From NCBI GenBank assembly GCA_020891255.1, contig BQFW01000007.1:1674001-1738000 (forward strand): 64,000 bases of DNA, given 5' to 3'. This document shows positions 1 through 12,938 of this stretch, one piece after another (position 1 is the stretch's first letter; the number at the start of each line of letters is the position of its first letter). The notes under the pieces were generated by a model. The model worked only from the letters and a program-made list of their open reading frames with translations, ran no database searches and was not told where the DNA came from. The stretch is from Entomortierella parvispora E1425. Taxonomy: Eukaryota; Fungi; Mortierellomycota. The position numbers and the translations under genes were made by a program.

Positions 1-797
1 TGACAGACATTGAACTTAAGGCTGGCCTGCATTGTCGCTTCACCCCCATCTAAAAAGTCTCCGGCTTGGCCTGTTTGAATATCAGGCTCAAACGTTCATT
101 CCGCCAGTAGAGGAACTGGAAGCCTCGTTTCAAGACCAAGGAGCGATGCTTGTGCGACCTCTCTGGACATGGAACTCGCAGCTTCCACACCTACAATAGT
201 TGAAACTTATATCTGAATTTGCATTCCGATTTCAGTTCCGGATGCTCGAGGGTTGTCCCTCATTGGAACATCTCTCCCTCATTGGAACATCTCTCCCTCA
301 ACATCTGTACGGATGAGCAATTGCATGAACGGCGACTGAAGATTGAGGAATTTCGGCGTCGCCCCAACCTCAAAGAACAGGACGAGTCCGACGGTGGAAG
401 TGCCGATCATTTTACTGTGGCACCTTTAGTTCGCAGTCTGCACCTGTTCGGTCAGTGGGTGATGGAGGATGAGATCCTAGAGGTGATCTATGGTATTACT
501 TTTCCTGGAGTGGCCTTCTTGATTGAGCACTAAGTCAAGGGCTACTCTCTTGCCCACTGGCTGAGAACCCTCCTTCAGTCATCCACCCTCAAAGAGGCTT
601 CTTGCGGACTGGATTCGCATCCGCCGTCCGAAGAATCAGTGTTGCGGAACCTTGGCCTGGTGGCTGTCCAAGGGCTGTCCCATAACACCATCAATGGAGA
701 ACGAGTAGAGCTCCGGAAAGAGATTGTGTTCTCGATTGGTTATGGCCACTGGTCTTTTGCGGAGGATATGGAGAAGGCGGAAGAGGAGGAAGAATAA
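1..797 (+). pseudogene. 3' part of a Mortierella-type F-box/LRR (RNI-like) gene, disrupted
   Basis: Frame 2 reads RPLWTWNSQLPHLQ*LKLISEFAFRFQFRMLEGCPSLEHLSL, with TAG at 197-199. A 19-bp tandem duplication (261-298) shifts to frame 3 (SLEHLSLNICTDEQ...), which has TAA at 531-533 and then stays open to TAA 795-797. The family call rests on my recall of the WTW..LP.L..L.L..EFA.RFQFRML.GCP.L motif. Confidence 0.8.
261..298. repeat. 19-bp perfect tandem duplication CATTGGAACATCTCTCCCT x2
   Basis: Read directly at 261-279 and 280-298. Confidence 0.95.
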
Positions 798-969
798 CTG
801 TGGAATGTTGATGACCCATGTGCGAGGAAGGAGACAAGCCCATGAACAATAAATTCAAACATGGCTTCATTTTTGATGGTTTTTTTTATTTTTTTTACGT
901 ATTAGGATGGGAAGAGTGGAGATTTCAATGGTCCTAGACTTTTTATTGTTTTAAAAACAAATAAGTCTC

Positions 970-3900
970 TTAAATCTCTCCAGCCTGATGGGCCAAAGAG
1001 TAAAAGAGCGAATGCCGGTTCTTGAGCAAATCCTTGGGCGCCTCAAACTCCTGAACGCGTCCTTGGTCGAGGACCAAGATCTTGTCGGAATCCATGACAG
1101 TCTTGATCCTGTGCGCGATCGTGATCACGGTCCGGTCCTTGAATTCACTGCGGATCGTCTTTTGGATCAGATCGTCCGTCTCCACATCCACGGCCGCCGT
1201 GGCCTCGTCCAGGACCAAGATCTTGGACTTTCTCAGCAAGGCACGGGCCAAGCAGATCAAGGATTTCTGTCCAACAGAGAAATTCTCGCCATTCTGAGCC
1301 ACCTCAAAGGACAGGCCGCCTTGCAAGGTCGAGATGTGGTCCTTCAGATGCGCCCTTTCCAGTGCCTCCCACAGGTCCACATCTTCGTGCTCGTGGAAGG
1401 GGTCCAGGTTATCACGGACAGACCCAGCAAAAAGGGTCGGGTCCTGAGGGATGATGGCCAGATGGGAACGCAACACCTTCAGTCCCAATGTCGAAATGTC
1501 CACGCCATCAATCTCGATGGACCCTCCATCCGTGGCACGGTGCACTGCGTCCGATAACAGGCTCTGCTCCAGCAGCTGACCATTCGCGTTCATGGGATCA
1601 CTTGCTCGAGCCCAGTAACTGTCTGCAGCCTCAATGATTCGGAACAGGGCCAACGTCAATGAAGATTTGCCAGCACCCGTACGACCCACCACGCCGACCT
1701 TTTCCTGAGGTTCAATCGTCAGGTTCACATCCTGGATACACAAGTCCAGGCCTTGACGGTAACGGGCCGAGAATCCTTTAAAGGCAATTCGACCCTGAGC
1801 AGGCCACTGCTCTGGCAGAATCACCCCAGTCTCCAAAGGAGCCTCCACAGGCAAGGTCGAGTATTCTTGGATTCGCTCCAATGACACAAATTGGTTCTGG
1901 ACCTCACTCATGGTCCTAACCAGGATCGAGATCACCATCGTCAAGTTCAAGGCGTAGGCTAGAGCCATTCCAACCAAACTGGGATCCAAACGATCGGCAT
2001 TCAAGACCGCCAAGGCAGCCGTGACGAAAACCACACCTGAGCAAAGAGACTGGATGCGAATCGTCAACCAGCGGTTGGTCATGTTGAACATGTACGTCCT
2101 GAATGAGTACAGATCTGCACGACGCTCGCTCTCGATCAGGAACTGGGTGGGAAGACCTTGAGTGGCACGAATGGTCGACACTCCAGCCAGGGATTCGCTG
2201 AAATGTTGGTATAGAGGCGATTTGGAGACGGCCTGGAGTCGCTTCAAGGCACCAGAGGAGCGGATATAATAATCTTGGATCAAGAAAAAGATGTAGCCCA
2301 GAGGCGGCACGGACAGAAGGAAGAGCGGGGTGGAGTAGGCTACAACCAACAGGATTCCAAAGACGGTGGAAGTAAAGCTCAAAAGTGCTGGCAAGTTCTC
2401 GGGAATGGACGAATCCACAGCAGCGATATCAGAAGAGAACAAGTTGACGATTCTTCCCATTCTAGAGGTTCAGGAATACCAACGATAGCCCTGGTAAGTA
2501 CATGTCGATCATGGCAACATGTGCACAAAATCTCAAAATAAAATAGAAAAAAAAACTTACGGAGTGGTATCAAAGAAACTCATAGGCATTCGGAGAACGC
2601 GCGACTGCAAGCCGTCGTAGATGACTTTGGCGCCCTGAATACCACAGATAACATTCGCGACGTAGCTAACCAGTACATCCACAAAGAGATATCCCGACAC
2701 CAGCAAAGCGTAGCCGCCGAGGAAGAAAGCGATAGATCGCGTATCTTCGCGCTCATCCGCAGTGACCCAGTATCGGAGCCAAAAGTTCGTACTGATCTGA
2801 CAGGCCTGGCCGAAACCGTACATGAACAAACAAAAGAGGGCCTTGTGGTACGAACTAGTATTGTCCACCAAAGGGTATTGGAGGGGTCAGACCATGAAAT
2901 TAGATTTCAATGAAGAAAGAGAAAAGAAAAGAAAAAAAAAACAACTTACATAGCGCGTGCATAGTCGACATAGACTTTCCAAGTGACTTTTCCTTCATGC
3001 ATCTTTTCCGCTTTGATGAGTCCTCCGTCGGTGTTCTTCTTTGTAGGCGTCAGAGTTCCAGGGTCAGCTGCAGCTGCAGCTTTAGCCGTCTTGATGGGTG
3101 GAGCTGCTTTGTCGGCCAAGGTCACTTGGCTGTCATCTTTCGGGTGCTTGCCCTTGGACTTCTTTTCCTGAACAGAGTACTCCGTGATCAGTTGATAAAA
3201 CGCGTTCCGTGCGTGCATCAACTCTTGGTAGTCGCCCATCTCCGTGACTCTTCCTTCCTTGACCACAACAATTGAATCGACATTGTTCAAGTGGTGGATA
3301 CCATGGGTCACCAAAAGACGCGTCTTGTCCTTCAAAAGTCCCTCAGGTCCGATCAAATTCTTCCACAGATGCTGGTCTACATGTGCATCCACAGCACTCA
3401 AAGGATCATCCAGAAGATAGACGTCAGCATCCTGGTAAGCCGCGCGAGCAAGCGAAACTCGCTGCTTTTGACCTCCAGACAGATTGATACCACGTTCACC
3501 AATCTCGGTCTCATCTCCGTTGGGGAGCATCTCAATATCGGGCTGCAATCCAGAGGCAAAGAGGACGCGATCATAACGCTCCTCATTAAAAGGTTTGCCC
3601 AGCAAGACGTTGTTCTTGAGCGAAGCGTTCAAGATCCAAGCCTGTTGAGGAACATACGCCACGTCGCCCCAAATTTCGACCTGTCCACCGGGTTGCATGT
3701 ACATCTCACCAATGATTGCGGACAGCAAGGACGACTTTCCAGCACCAACACGACCCACGACCGTAGTCAGGGAGCCGTCAAGAACCTGGAGGCTAATGTT
3801 GGACAGAATCTGGCGAGATGGAGTCGAGGGTGTTGACGACGAAGTACTGGCCAAAAGAGGCTGGCGTTCTCCTTGAGCTTGAGTCTTGGAGCTTCTAGTT

Positions 3901-6486
3901 GCGGAGACTTCAATGGGGGTCAGTTCTTTTTCCCAGGAGAAACAGGCATTTTCAATCTTGATCGCTGCGGCGGATGCTTGTTGACGATGGGATTTGCCCA
4001 AAGGAGACGAGAAAAGGCTATGTTTCTTGGGGGAAGGGGGCAAGTCCGAGGCCGTAGTGACTCTAGGATGACGTTTGACCAAAGAGGAATCAATGTCCTC
4101 CAGCAAGAGGAATTTCTGGATTCGCTTGTTTGCGTTTCGAAGGGTCATGAGATGACTGGTTGCCAGAGGCACCAAACCCATGGGACGACTGATCATGGTG
4201 AAGATGGCAATTCCGACAAAGATGACTTCGGGTGTCATCTTTGCGGGCGTGAAACCAGGTCCACCCCAGTTGGAGTAAACCGTAAACGTCGCCAGGACAA
4301 TGAACAGGTTCACAGAAGAAAAGACGATGGTAAGGACAGACCGAATGGTGGAAAGAGCCTTTTGAGCTGCAAGTTCGTTCGATCGGAGAACATTGATCCT
4401 TCGAAGGAAAGCACTCTCCCTGTCATCGGCGTATTCAGACAAGGTGTGTATATGTTAGAACAAATACTTCAGCCATCGCAGTGAGGCACCGTCAAGCAAG
4501 AAAACAAACTATTTACTCACCAAGAATACAACTTGACGATTTTGATGTTGGCCAAGATCTCGGTCACCATTCTAAGACGCGCATCCATGGCCTTGAGCTT
4601 GTTATTTTGGTACGACATCATGAACTTGGCCAGTCTGGTCTGCACAGGTGTAATCAAGACGAACGTTCCGAGACCCGCAACCAGGGACCAGCCCAACAAG
4701 CGGTACAAAAGCACAACCCCGACCAAAATCTCAAACGGAATCGTAATAACCAAAGGCAAAAAGTTTTGAGACACCATCCACACCTCAGAGTCGACAGCCA
4801 TATGACTGGTGATCTCTCCGAGCGTCGACTTTTTGCGAGCATCGGGCGACAACCGCAGGGCCTTGCGATAGATCATTCCTTGAAGAGCATTTCGAGCGGC
4901 CAGTGCCATGATATTGCACTCTTGAGAAGAAACGGAGAGAAAGAGAGCACTGAAGACATTGCCAAAGAAGATACCCGTGGCAATGAGCATACCATATGCC
5001 ATGGCTGGGGGAGGCGTTCCATTCTTGAGGGCCTCGCCGTAATCGGTAAAGTACTGGAGCATGAACTCAAAAAGATAGATGGGGATATACATCATTGCAA
5101 AACTCAACACGCGTATTATCATTGTTCCCACAATCTGACCACGGTAGGCGCCAAGGATGGTCAAAAGCAGAGAAGGGCCGGCCAGCTGTGATTTCTTGAG
5201 CTTGCCTTGCGCGAGCAAACGCTGATAGCGAGCGACCTTCTTGTCCCAGCGCGCGGAAACGCAATCGTAATTGGGTCGACCCTTGATCTCTTCCATAATC
5301 TTCTCGTCAATGTCGGCCGCTGTCAGAGTACGAGTCGCACCAAGGGACATTATCGGCTGGGTATAATGAAATGTCAAACGAGAACACAAGTTGGCTTGAT
5401 CATAAGGCGTCAGATTTTCCTTTTCGCGACTCTCGCGTTGGACCCTGGTGTTGCCACGAGGGAACGCCTCGACAAAAAAGGCAGCGGCAATAGAGCCCGT
5501 AAAGGTGAGCAGGTACCGGAAGGGGTCCATCTTGTAAGTCGAGACTGGGGGAGGGTCCAAATGACCAACATTGTTGCCGTTCTCGGCTCCTCCCCATAGA
5601 AGGAAGAGTGAAAGACCGCAGCCAAAGAGAGTCACTAGGTAGTATGTAAAGAGGGCGTCCGAGGATCGAATCTCGAACCTATGCTCGTTTTTATTCAATG
5701 CCATTGCCGTGGACTGACATGCCCATATGAAGACAAGAAAAGAAAAGAGGGGAAGAAACAAGAAAGATGATCAGATACCTTCTCTCTGCATGCTCACAGT
5801 GCACCAGTTGCAGGACATGGACCCCTTCTCCTCTCCGTACTCCGACCATCGCGGTTGGGCGAAGCAAGCACCCACGCGGTGATCTCGTTCCCAGGAACCA
5901 CCGAGCTCCTCCCATTATCTCCGTCATTCGCGTCATTGACAACGGGCGATCCTAGGTCATGTGCACCAAGCACAGAGCCCATGGCAAGCCCACGTCAACA
6001 ACATGAATGAACTTTTCCTTGAACAGAGTTCAAGTGCATCTCCTTCCCCCCCCCCCCCCCTCCCTTGATTACTGCCCCCCCATTTATTTTAGAGTTCTCG
6101 CTCTCTCCGGTGGCAGCCCTGCAGGTGTGTCGTCTACACACAGGCTTACAGAGCTCACTCATGAAGCAACAAGTACGCACCCAGGCGATCACCAAGAAGA
6201 AGCAGCTCATCAAAAGGCCATCGGCTTCTGCCAGATATGGGCCAGCAACGAGTGCATAGGCCAGTCCCAGGGCAGAGACTATGGCCGAGGCGATAAAAAC
6301 TTGAGAAGGCCAATAGATCAAGCCGGTTCGACCGTATGGATGAGGACTTGAGTGATGGTGCTTCAACCAACGAATACGCGCGATAAAGGCAACGGTGGCG
6401 ACCATGGCGGGGATCGACAGGAGGGTAGAGTAACCACCATGATCCACCAGGAACGCCACCCAGTCCTTTGTGGGGTCTTTGGACAT
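970..6486 (-). CDS. ABCC/MRP (Ycf1/Bpt1-like) full-size ABC transporter, TMD0-TMD1-NBD1-TMD2-NBD2, 5 exons
   Basis: NBD1 GRVGAGKSS, LSGGQKQR, YLLDD; NBD2 GRTGAGKSS, FSVGQK, LVLDEATA. Exons join in frame across GT-AG introns (first intron 6180-5714). Start ATG at 6486 is inferred. Confidence 0.93.
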
Positions 6487-7203
6487 AGACTTGAAAGGTG
6501 TGGAGTGAGAATGAGATGAACAAAAAAAAACAAATGCAACAGATGACTTGGGAACACAGGTCAGAAAAGAAAGGGGAAAAAAGGATGATGCGAACAAGAG
6601 CACATGCAAAGAATGCAAAGAGAAGAGATGAAGGGAGGCACAGCCAGATGGGCTGGAGGGAATGGAGAGAAGAGGACTGAGGAAGAAACAGCTATAGGAG
6701 AGAAAAGGAACCCTTTTGTACCGCTCCTCGCCTCCGCAGTTTTTTTTAGGTTCGTTCCTGTCTCCCATTGTTGTTCCTGTCTCTTCTCAATCTCCTTTGC
6801 TCCTTGCTTTGCCTGTCTGCTCCGGAACTCTGTTCCCCAAAAGATATTCCTCCAGGCGCACGTCCTGAACAGCATGGGCCTGGGCCAGACGGCACATGGC
6901 ACACGGCGATCGGTAGACTGGTAGGGTCGCCAGCCGTTAGAGTCGACTAGCGAAGTTCTTTATCTCCAACTTTTTTGCAATGGGAATGCCACGCCGCGCG
7001 ATCTGCTTGCTTGCGCTATTTTTTTTTTTTATTCGTTTCTGAAGGTATAAAGAGGTTTTTTTTACCCCGGGTAAACACGCTTCTGGCCAGAGGCCAGGAA
7101 GAGCAAGGCAGGACGGCGGATCTGGTCCCTTGTGGAACAGCACATCAACAAGAAAGACAGTCGACACGTCTGGTTGTCTTGTTTCTTTCCTTTTGTGTCC
7201 CTC

Positions 7204-8822
7204 TTACATCTTGAGGTCAACGCCGGTAAACTCGACACTCTTGGTCCACAACAACTCTTGCGCCTTCTCGTCCAAAGCAATTGGGTTGGGCACGCGAGGG
7301 ATTTGATCGAAAAAGTACTCGCCCGAGACATTTTCCAATCCAGGGGCCAGGGCCAGGTACACGGAGCTCATGGCGCCGACCAGGGGAGAGCGGCAGACAA
7401 TCTTGCCTGGGATCATCACCAAGTTCATGAGAGGGTTGTGACGGAACAGTTCTGTGCTGCAAGCACCAGGGTGGCAAGCGTTGATGGTCACCTTGGATCG
7501 CTTCTGCTGCAGACGACGGTTCAAGGCCTTGACAAAGAGCAAATTGGCGAGCTTGGAGTACGAGTAATGACCGAGGCGTGAGTATCCTTTGGCGGACTTG
7601 AGCAAATCATAGTTGATCTGGTCGGAAGAGTACAGGGCTCCGGAGGAAAGAACAACAATACGACCCTGAGGACCGTCGTGAAGCAGGGGCAGAAGTTCAA
7701 GGGTGAGGATGTAGTGACCAAGGTGGTTCTGCGGAGGAGAAAGGGAGAGGCCATTGGATATTTAGTTGTAAGAAAATAATGGTTCTTTCTGCTCCTGTGA
7801 ACACACGGATTGGAATAGTCACTTACCACGCCAAACTGCATCTCGTAACCTTCTGCTGTCAATCCAAAAGGAATATCCATCATGCCAGCATCTTTTTTGT
7901 TTGTTGAAATTAAAGGCTCGTGTTAGCTAATCATATTTTTTTTTTCTTGCGCCATGCCATTCACAAACACGCGTGCGTGTACGCGTTTCTACGTACTGTT
8001 AACAAGGATATCCAAACGAGAGTGCAGGCTTCTGAACTCGCGTGTGAAGGCCTTGACGCTTGCCTGAGAGGAGAGATCCAAGGGAAGAACAGTGGCCTTG
8101 CCCTTGATGCCAGTCTCAGCCTCAATCTTGTCGATGGCCGCTTGACCCCTGCCCTCAGTTCTGCAGGCTATTTTTTTTTAAAAAAAAAAAAAAAAAATAT
8201 GACGAAATGGTGTCCAAGCGCACATGTGCAGAAGAAAAAAAAAAAAGAGTTGGTCAGGGGGAGGAGGACAGAGCTTCGATGACTCCATTTCGTTAATGCA
8301 AAGTTTCGCAAGTCATTTTTTTACCGATGACAGTCAAGTATCCAGCTTCAACCAGAGCCTTTGCGGTTTCATAACCCAAGCCGGCGTTTCCGCCTATGAT
8401 AAAGTCATCCAGAAAGAGTCAGCGATCATGCAATTGAAAGAGAAAGAGCATCAAGTTCTTCAATGAACAAAAGAAATAAAATAAAAAAAATATGTACCAG
8501 TAACGATGGCAACAGGGGACCCAGTGATGGAGGCTTTGGCCTGGTCAATCCAAAACTGGCGGCGTCTCTTTGTCTGGGCGACCAAGTCGTGCTGGTAAGC
8601 AAGCTGCCAGATGTTAAGAACCACCTCCATGATTCCTAGGATGGAAGTAAATATAAATAAAAGAAGATTAGCATCGAACAACAACGACCATGTCCGAGGG
8701 AGGGGGCTGAGAAGCACAGTTTTTTTTTTCTGTCAATCCCACGTGTGTCTCTTTCCCTTACCGACGACAGTGGCAGTCAGACCGAGAGGGAAAGTCAATG
8801 ACAGTTTGGAGATCCAGAGCAT
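7204..8822 (-). CDS. Short-chain dehydrogenase/reductase (retinol dehydrogenase/WWOX-like) with N-terminal hydrophobic anchor, multi-exon
   Basis: Spliced product contains IVTGGNAGLGYETA, ACR, LDILVNNAG, NHLGH, RIVVLSSG, YSYSK and NACHPG. Confidence 0.92.
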
Positions 8823-9232
8823 GAGGCGGTCATGCCAATGAGCGCGAGGAGGCAGAATCACAGTCGACATTATGATGTGATGAATTGGAGGGGGAGAAAG
8901 ATGGATGGTGATGAGAAGAATGGAAAAGACAATGAGAATGATTGCCCGTTTTTAACACAGTGACGATGACAACACTTTCGTTTTGGACAAAACCATTTCT
9001 CTTTTGCTCTCAAACGCACACACCGCTGTCAACTGTCAGCCCAGAGGACAGTGCCTCTCTGCCAGCCGAAGACCACTCTCCGATTCGAGGACGCGTCCTT
9101 TGAGCAATTTAGGCGACTTCATGTGAATATCTCTATCCCAATGATCGAGCTATGCACACTGGTCCATGAGAGCTCCACATCTGAGGCGTGGCAGTGACGC
9201 GCCGATTTATTCATAGAGGCTAGAAAGCTTTG

Positions 9233-9696
9233 CTAATAATCGTCGTCGTCTGGGGCGGTCGTGGCCACAATGACATTGAAATTGATGTTGTCTGGATCAC
9301 GGCTGACAAACTCTTTGGCGACACGAAGCGAGTTCTATGATGGAGCAACAAGGGTGTTAGTTTCAAACGCTTGACATTTCCACTGCTAAAAAATAACAAT
9401 GGATCCAACTTACGGCCAAAAAGTTATCCTTGGTTGTTGGTCCATGGTTGATTGGGTATGGCTTGTTGCCATCCAACTCGTAGAGGTGGCCGTCTCTCTC
9501 GATCAAGCACACATAGTGGAGGTTGACTTCATCTGCGATATCAGGTGTAGCGGTCTGTCCAGTGGAAGCATGGCTCTTGTGGGCGTTCGACAAGGATTCG
9601 TCTTGCTCCAATGCCTGAATTCTCTCTGTTGGGGTCATGTTGACAGTCCTTTCCAAGAACTTTTTCATAATGCCACCTTCAGCTACACAAATATAC

Positions 9697-9727
<31 letters not shown>

Positions 9728-10424
9728 TAAGCAGCAGCTTCAGAGGCACTTTACAAACGATCAACCAGTGGCGATCAATTACTCAATTCCAGGAATCCTC
9801 CGTGGGCCCAGTTGTTGGCGATCGAATGCAAGACTCCCATAGTGCCGCAGGCATTGGAAATGGTTTGTGGGTAAAAGACGACGTTTGGGCTAACAATCTG
9901 GCTGGCTTGATCTATCCTCTTCTTCTCCTCCTGGATGTACGCCTCATATGCTTCCGTGATGGGGAAGAGCAGGATAAGGGCATGGACAGGCTGTGGGATC
10001 ATTGCCATAAGCTCTTCATCCAGACCTAGTATATTGAGAAGGATGTCGCGTGATGATAGGGTAAGTTGGCACAGCTGGATGGATAGGTAAGAGGCAACAA
10101 CCATCCATTGACTTTACCGAGGACATCTGCATATCTCCAAGGCGCAGGCACTCCCAAGTCCCGAACGTACTAGGTGAAAGAAAACAGGAAAATGTTACTT
10201 GAGAGCTTGCGTTCATGGACCTGATACAGAAATGGAAGGCGAGGTAATACCTTGTCAAGGACCTATGACGCGTTCAGTTTCAAGGAATGAAAAGTTGAAG
10301 CATGTTAGTTTTCTACAGGAATGGAAGCATCCTGAGCTAACATGCATGAAAGACATGCCTCTGGGTTCGACTCGAGTGGGAGCCAGCGGATTGTTTTCTT
10401 GGGTCGTTCTCCAGGAATGGACAT
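9233..10424 (-). CDS. YUH1: Ubiquitin C-terminal hydrolase, peptidase C12 (UCH-L3/Yuh1-like)
   Basis: RWLPLESNPE, QTISNACGT (catalytic Cys), LHYVC (His) and YELDG (Asp). All exons join in frame; stop TAG at 9233-9235. Confidence 0.93.
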
Positions 10425-10705
10425 GGTGGGTGGAAAGTGAATGGTGGATGAATGAAAGAACCAACAAGACTGCGGCGAAGTCGAAGGTGACCTTTGCTGT
10501 CGCGGATATCAATTAAGGGTATATCAAAGCCACACCTTGACCCTCCCACTTCTTTCCACTTTCCTACCGCCTGGTCGAGTACGAACATTGAACAAGTCGA
10601 TTTATGTAAACCTTTGATACGGCAAAAAAGATGGAAAGGATTGGCTGTTCAAATCCACAAACTCCAGGGCAAGAAAACGGACATGATGTCTCCATTTTCA
10701 AAGTC

Positions 10706-12339
10706 TCACAGCGAGTAATAATCCATATAGTCATTGTAAGACATCCCGCCCATGCCGTCGTCGATGTCGTCGGCACCGTAACTGCCGCCAAAATCAGGCA
10801 GACCTCCATACTCTGGATCGTAAACTCCAAATAGTCTCTCCTCCGAGTGCCTCGTTGCCGTCCACGTACCGATGTGTATGATTCCTCTTTCCTCCAGAGT
10901 CTCCTTGATCTTTTTAAAAGACGGATCACCCGGCGAAACAAAGCCCTCCAATGTCGTAATCCGCTTCCAATTCTGCAGCATCCAATCCACGACTTCACTA
11001 CGTAAAATGAGCTTGTGGAAATCTCCTTTCCAGTGAAAGTGCTTCAGCTTCGTCAGCGTCTTTAGCTCATCGATGCCGGCCGACATGGTAAATTCGAGTG
11101 GCATTCTGTTGGGGACTGGCCCAATGGTGAGCGACTCCAGTTGTGTAAGCTCTGACAATCTCTTGTAGACCTGCCTTTGTTTGAAGTGACTGCTGTTATG
11201 GCGATTCCAAGATTCCATCCCAATACCGATATCCAAAGATCGAAGGTTATGACAAACCCAAGGCTGCCGGTAGTGCTCTTCGTAAAACAGATCGTCAGAG
11301 CCGAGCCGCAAGAGGTCTGGGAACGAACTCAAGATTTCCTGGACGGTCTTGCTTGTCGGGGCGCGGTTTTCTCGAAAGTTGATCTCCTTGAGTGTCGGGA
11401 GATGGCGACGAAGGGCTTCGGGCGATTGAGGTCCAAACTTGGATGAGTACACTGAGAATTGTTCGATCTTGGGGAAGGACGTCAGGATCAAAGCGACATC
11501 TTGATCCGAGAGTTGCGACCTCAGCTCTAAACTCGTCAATTGAGGACAGGCCGCAGGGACAAGTTCACAAAACAGCTTGAGAGGCAGTTCACTTCTGCTC
11601 CAGACAAGCGCTGTCAGGTTTGGACATTGAAGAAGCCATCCCAGCTCTGTTGACTTGGATGTACGCTCTGAATTGTTCAGCACCAAATATTGTAGGTTTG
11701 GGAAGGAGGTCCCGTCATCCTTCCATGTAGGTGGGAGGTCGTATCTGCCTCCGCTTGATGTGAGTCGTCGCACGCGGGGCAGGACTGTCTGGAAGTACTG
11801 CATTATGAAGGAGAGTCCGCTTGTTTGCAGGTCGTCAAGCTTGAGGCAAGTCGACAATGCGCTGACAAATGTCTCGGGCATCTCCATCATTTGGTTATTG
11901 GCGTTGACAATGATCTTGTGGAGGTATGGCTGGTTTTCGATCATCCCTGCGATAAAGTCCCACGATCCCTTGAATCCGCCAGTCGCACGTCCATATCCAT
12001 ATCCATATGCATTTCGGTCGAAGGAATCCGTGCATTCGAAGCGGACTGTCTGGAGGTAGGGGTAACGCACCAACTGAGCAGCAGGAGGTGCGTTTCCATA
12101 CATTCTGAAGACGAGGTGCCGGACGTGGTGGGCGTTCTTTTTCATCAACTTGAGCGAAGGCTTGGGGAGATGGATTTGCGCTTGGTATTGTATTCGAACG
12201 AGAGCCATGTCGCTCGCTCGAACTCGGTCTTCCACGCTTTGCAAACGCGCATGCAGGTGGCGTTCTGACCCCGGGTCAGGAATGTAGCGATCCATGCCAG
12301 GATCTCTGTTGGCATCATTAGGGCCTCCGAACTAGACAT
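10706..12339 (-). CDS. F-box/LRR (RNI-like) protein with an apparent 1-nt frameshift just after the F-box
   Basis: F-box MPTEILAWIATFL...CMRVCKAWK lies in ORF 12145-12339. LRR-like body (CPNLTAL, CPQLTSLEL, WVCHNLRSLDI, QVYKRLSELTQLESL) lies in ORF 10706-12295, a different frame. Confidence 0.8.
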
Positions 12340-12938
12340 TTCTGGAATGGCGCGTGATGGAAAAACAAAAAGAGAGCGAAAAGAGTGAAGAGAAGGAGTG
12401 AGTTGTTTTCAGGAAAGAAAGCAGTGATGGGCGGACTGCTGTTTTTAATATCTTTTTTTTTTTTGTCATGTCTTCAGATGCAATAGTAAAGGCCAAAGGG
12501 AAAAGCACGAAGATTGAATGCTGTTTATATATGAAGTCTGGGGTATTTATACTAAAGGTTGTGAAGTGTTGTTTGGGGTGGTGGCAATGGTGGCAGCGGT
12601 TGTAGTTGACCATTTGTTTGTGGCTTTGGTGTGAGTGAAGGCGCTGCACCGTCAGTCTGATTTGACTGTTGCATGAGGTCTATTTGTTTGCACCAGACGT
12701 GGATCTCCAGCTCTTCCAGTTCGCACCCTTGACGAGGCCATGAGAGCCCAACAGGTAGAGCTCTCTTCATGTACAGTGATCTCGGACCCCATCCATGTGA
12801 TATCTTGCTGCCACACACGGGTCTTGTAAAGGGTGGAAACGATTCAACTGAGAGGTAAATGATCACAGGCAGATTGACGCAAGGATCCGCGACCCTAGTT
12901 TATTGCATGTTGTGCTAAACGACTTGAATTGCCCACCA

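Noticed and set aside
531-533. Programmed stop-codon readthrough or selenocysteine in the interrupted frames
   Set aside because: The internal stops are TAA/TAG accompanied by frameshifts, which fits decay rather than recoding.
988-5599. Multiple + strand ORFs over the ABCC gene
   Set aside because: Antisense shadows of GC3-rich exons.
7041-7057. Near-palindrome TTTACCCCGGGTAAACA with Reb1-like and forkhead-like cores
   Set aside because: Short motif match with no supporting conservation; specificity in this lineage is unknown.
7989-8012. ATATCCTT resembling a U12 intron donor in the SDR gene
   Set aside because: It lies in coding sequence (DIL); the real donor is the adjacent GTACGT, which restores LVNNAG.
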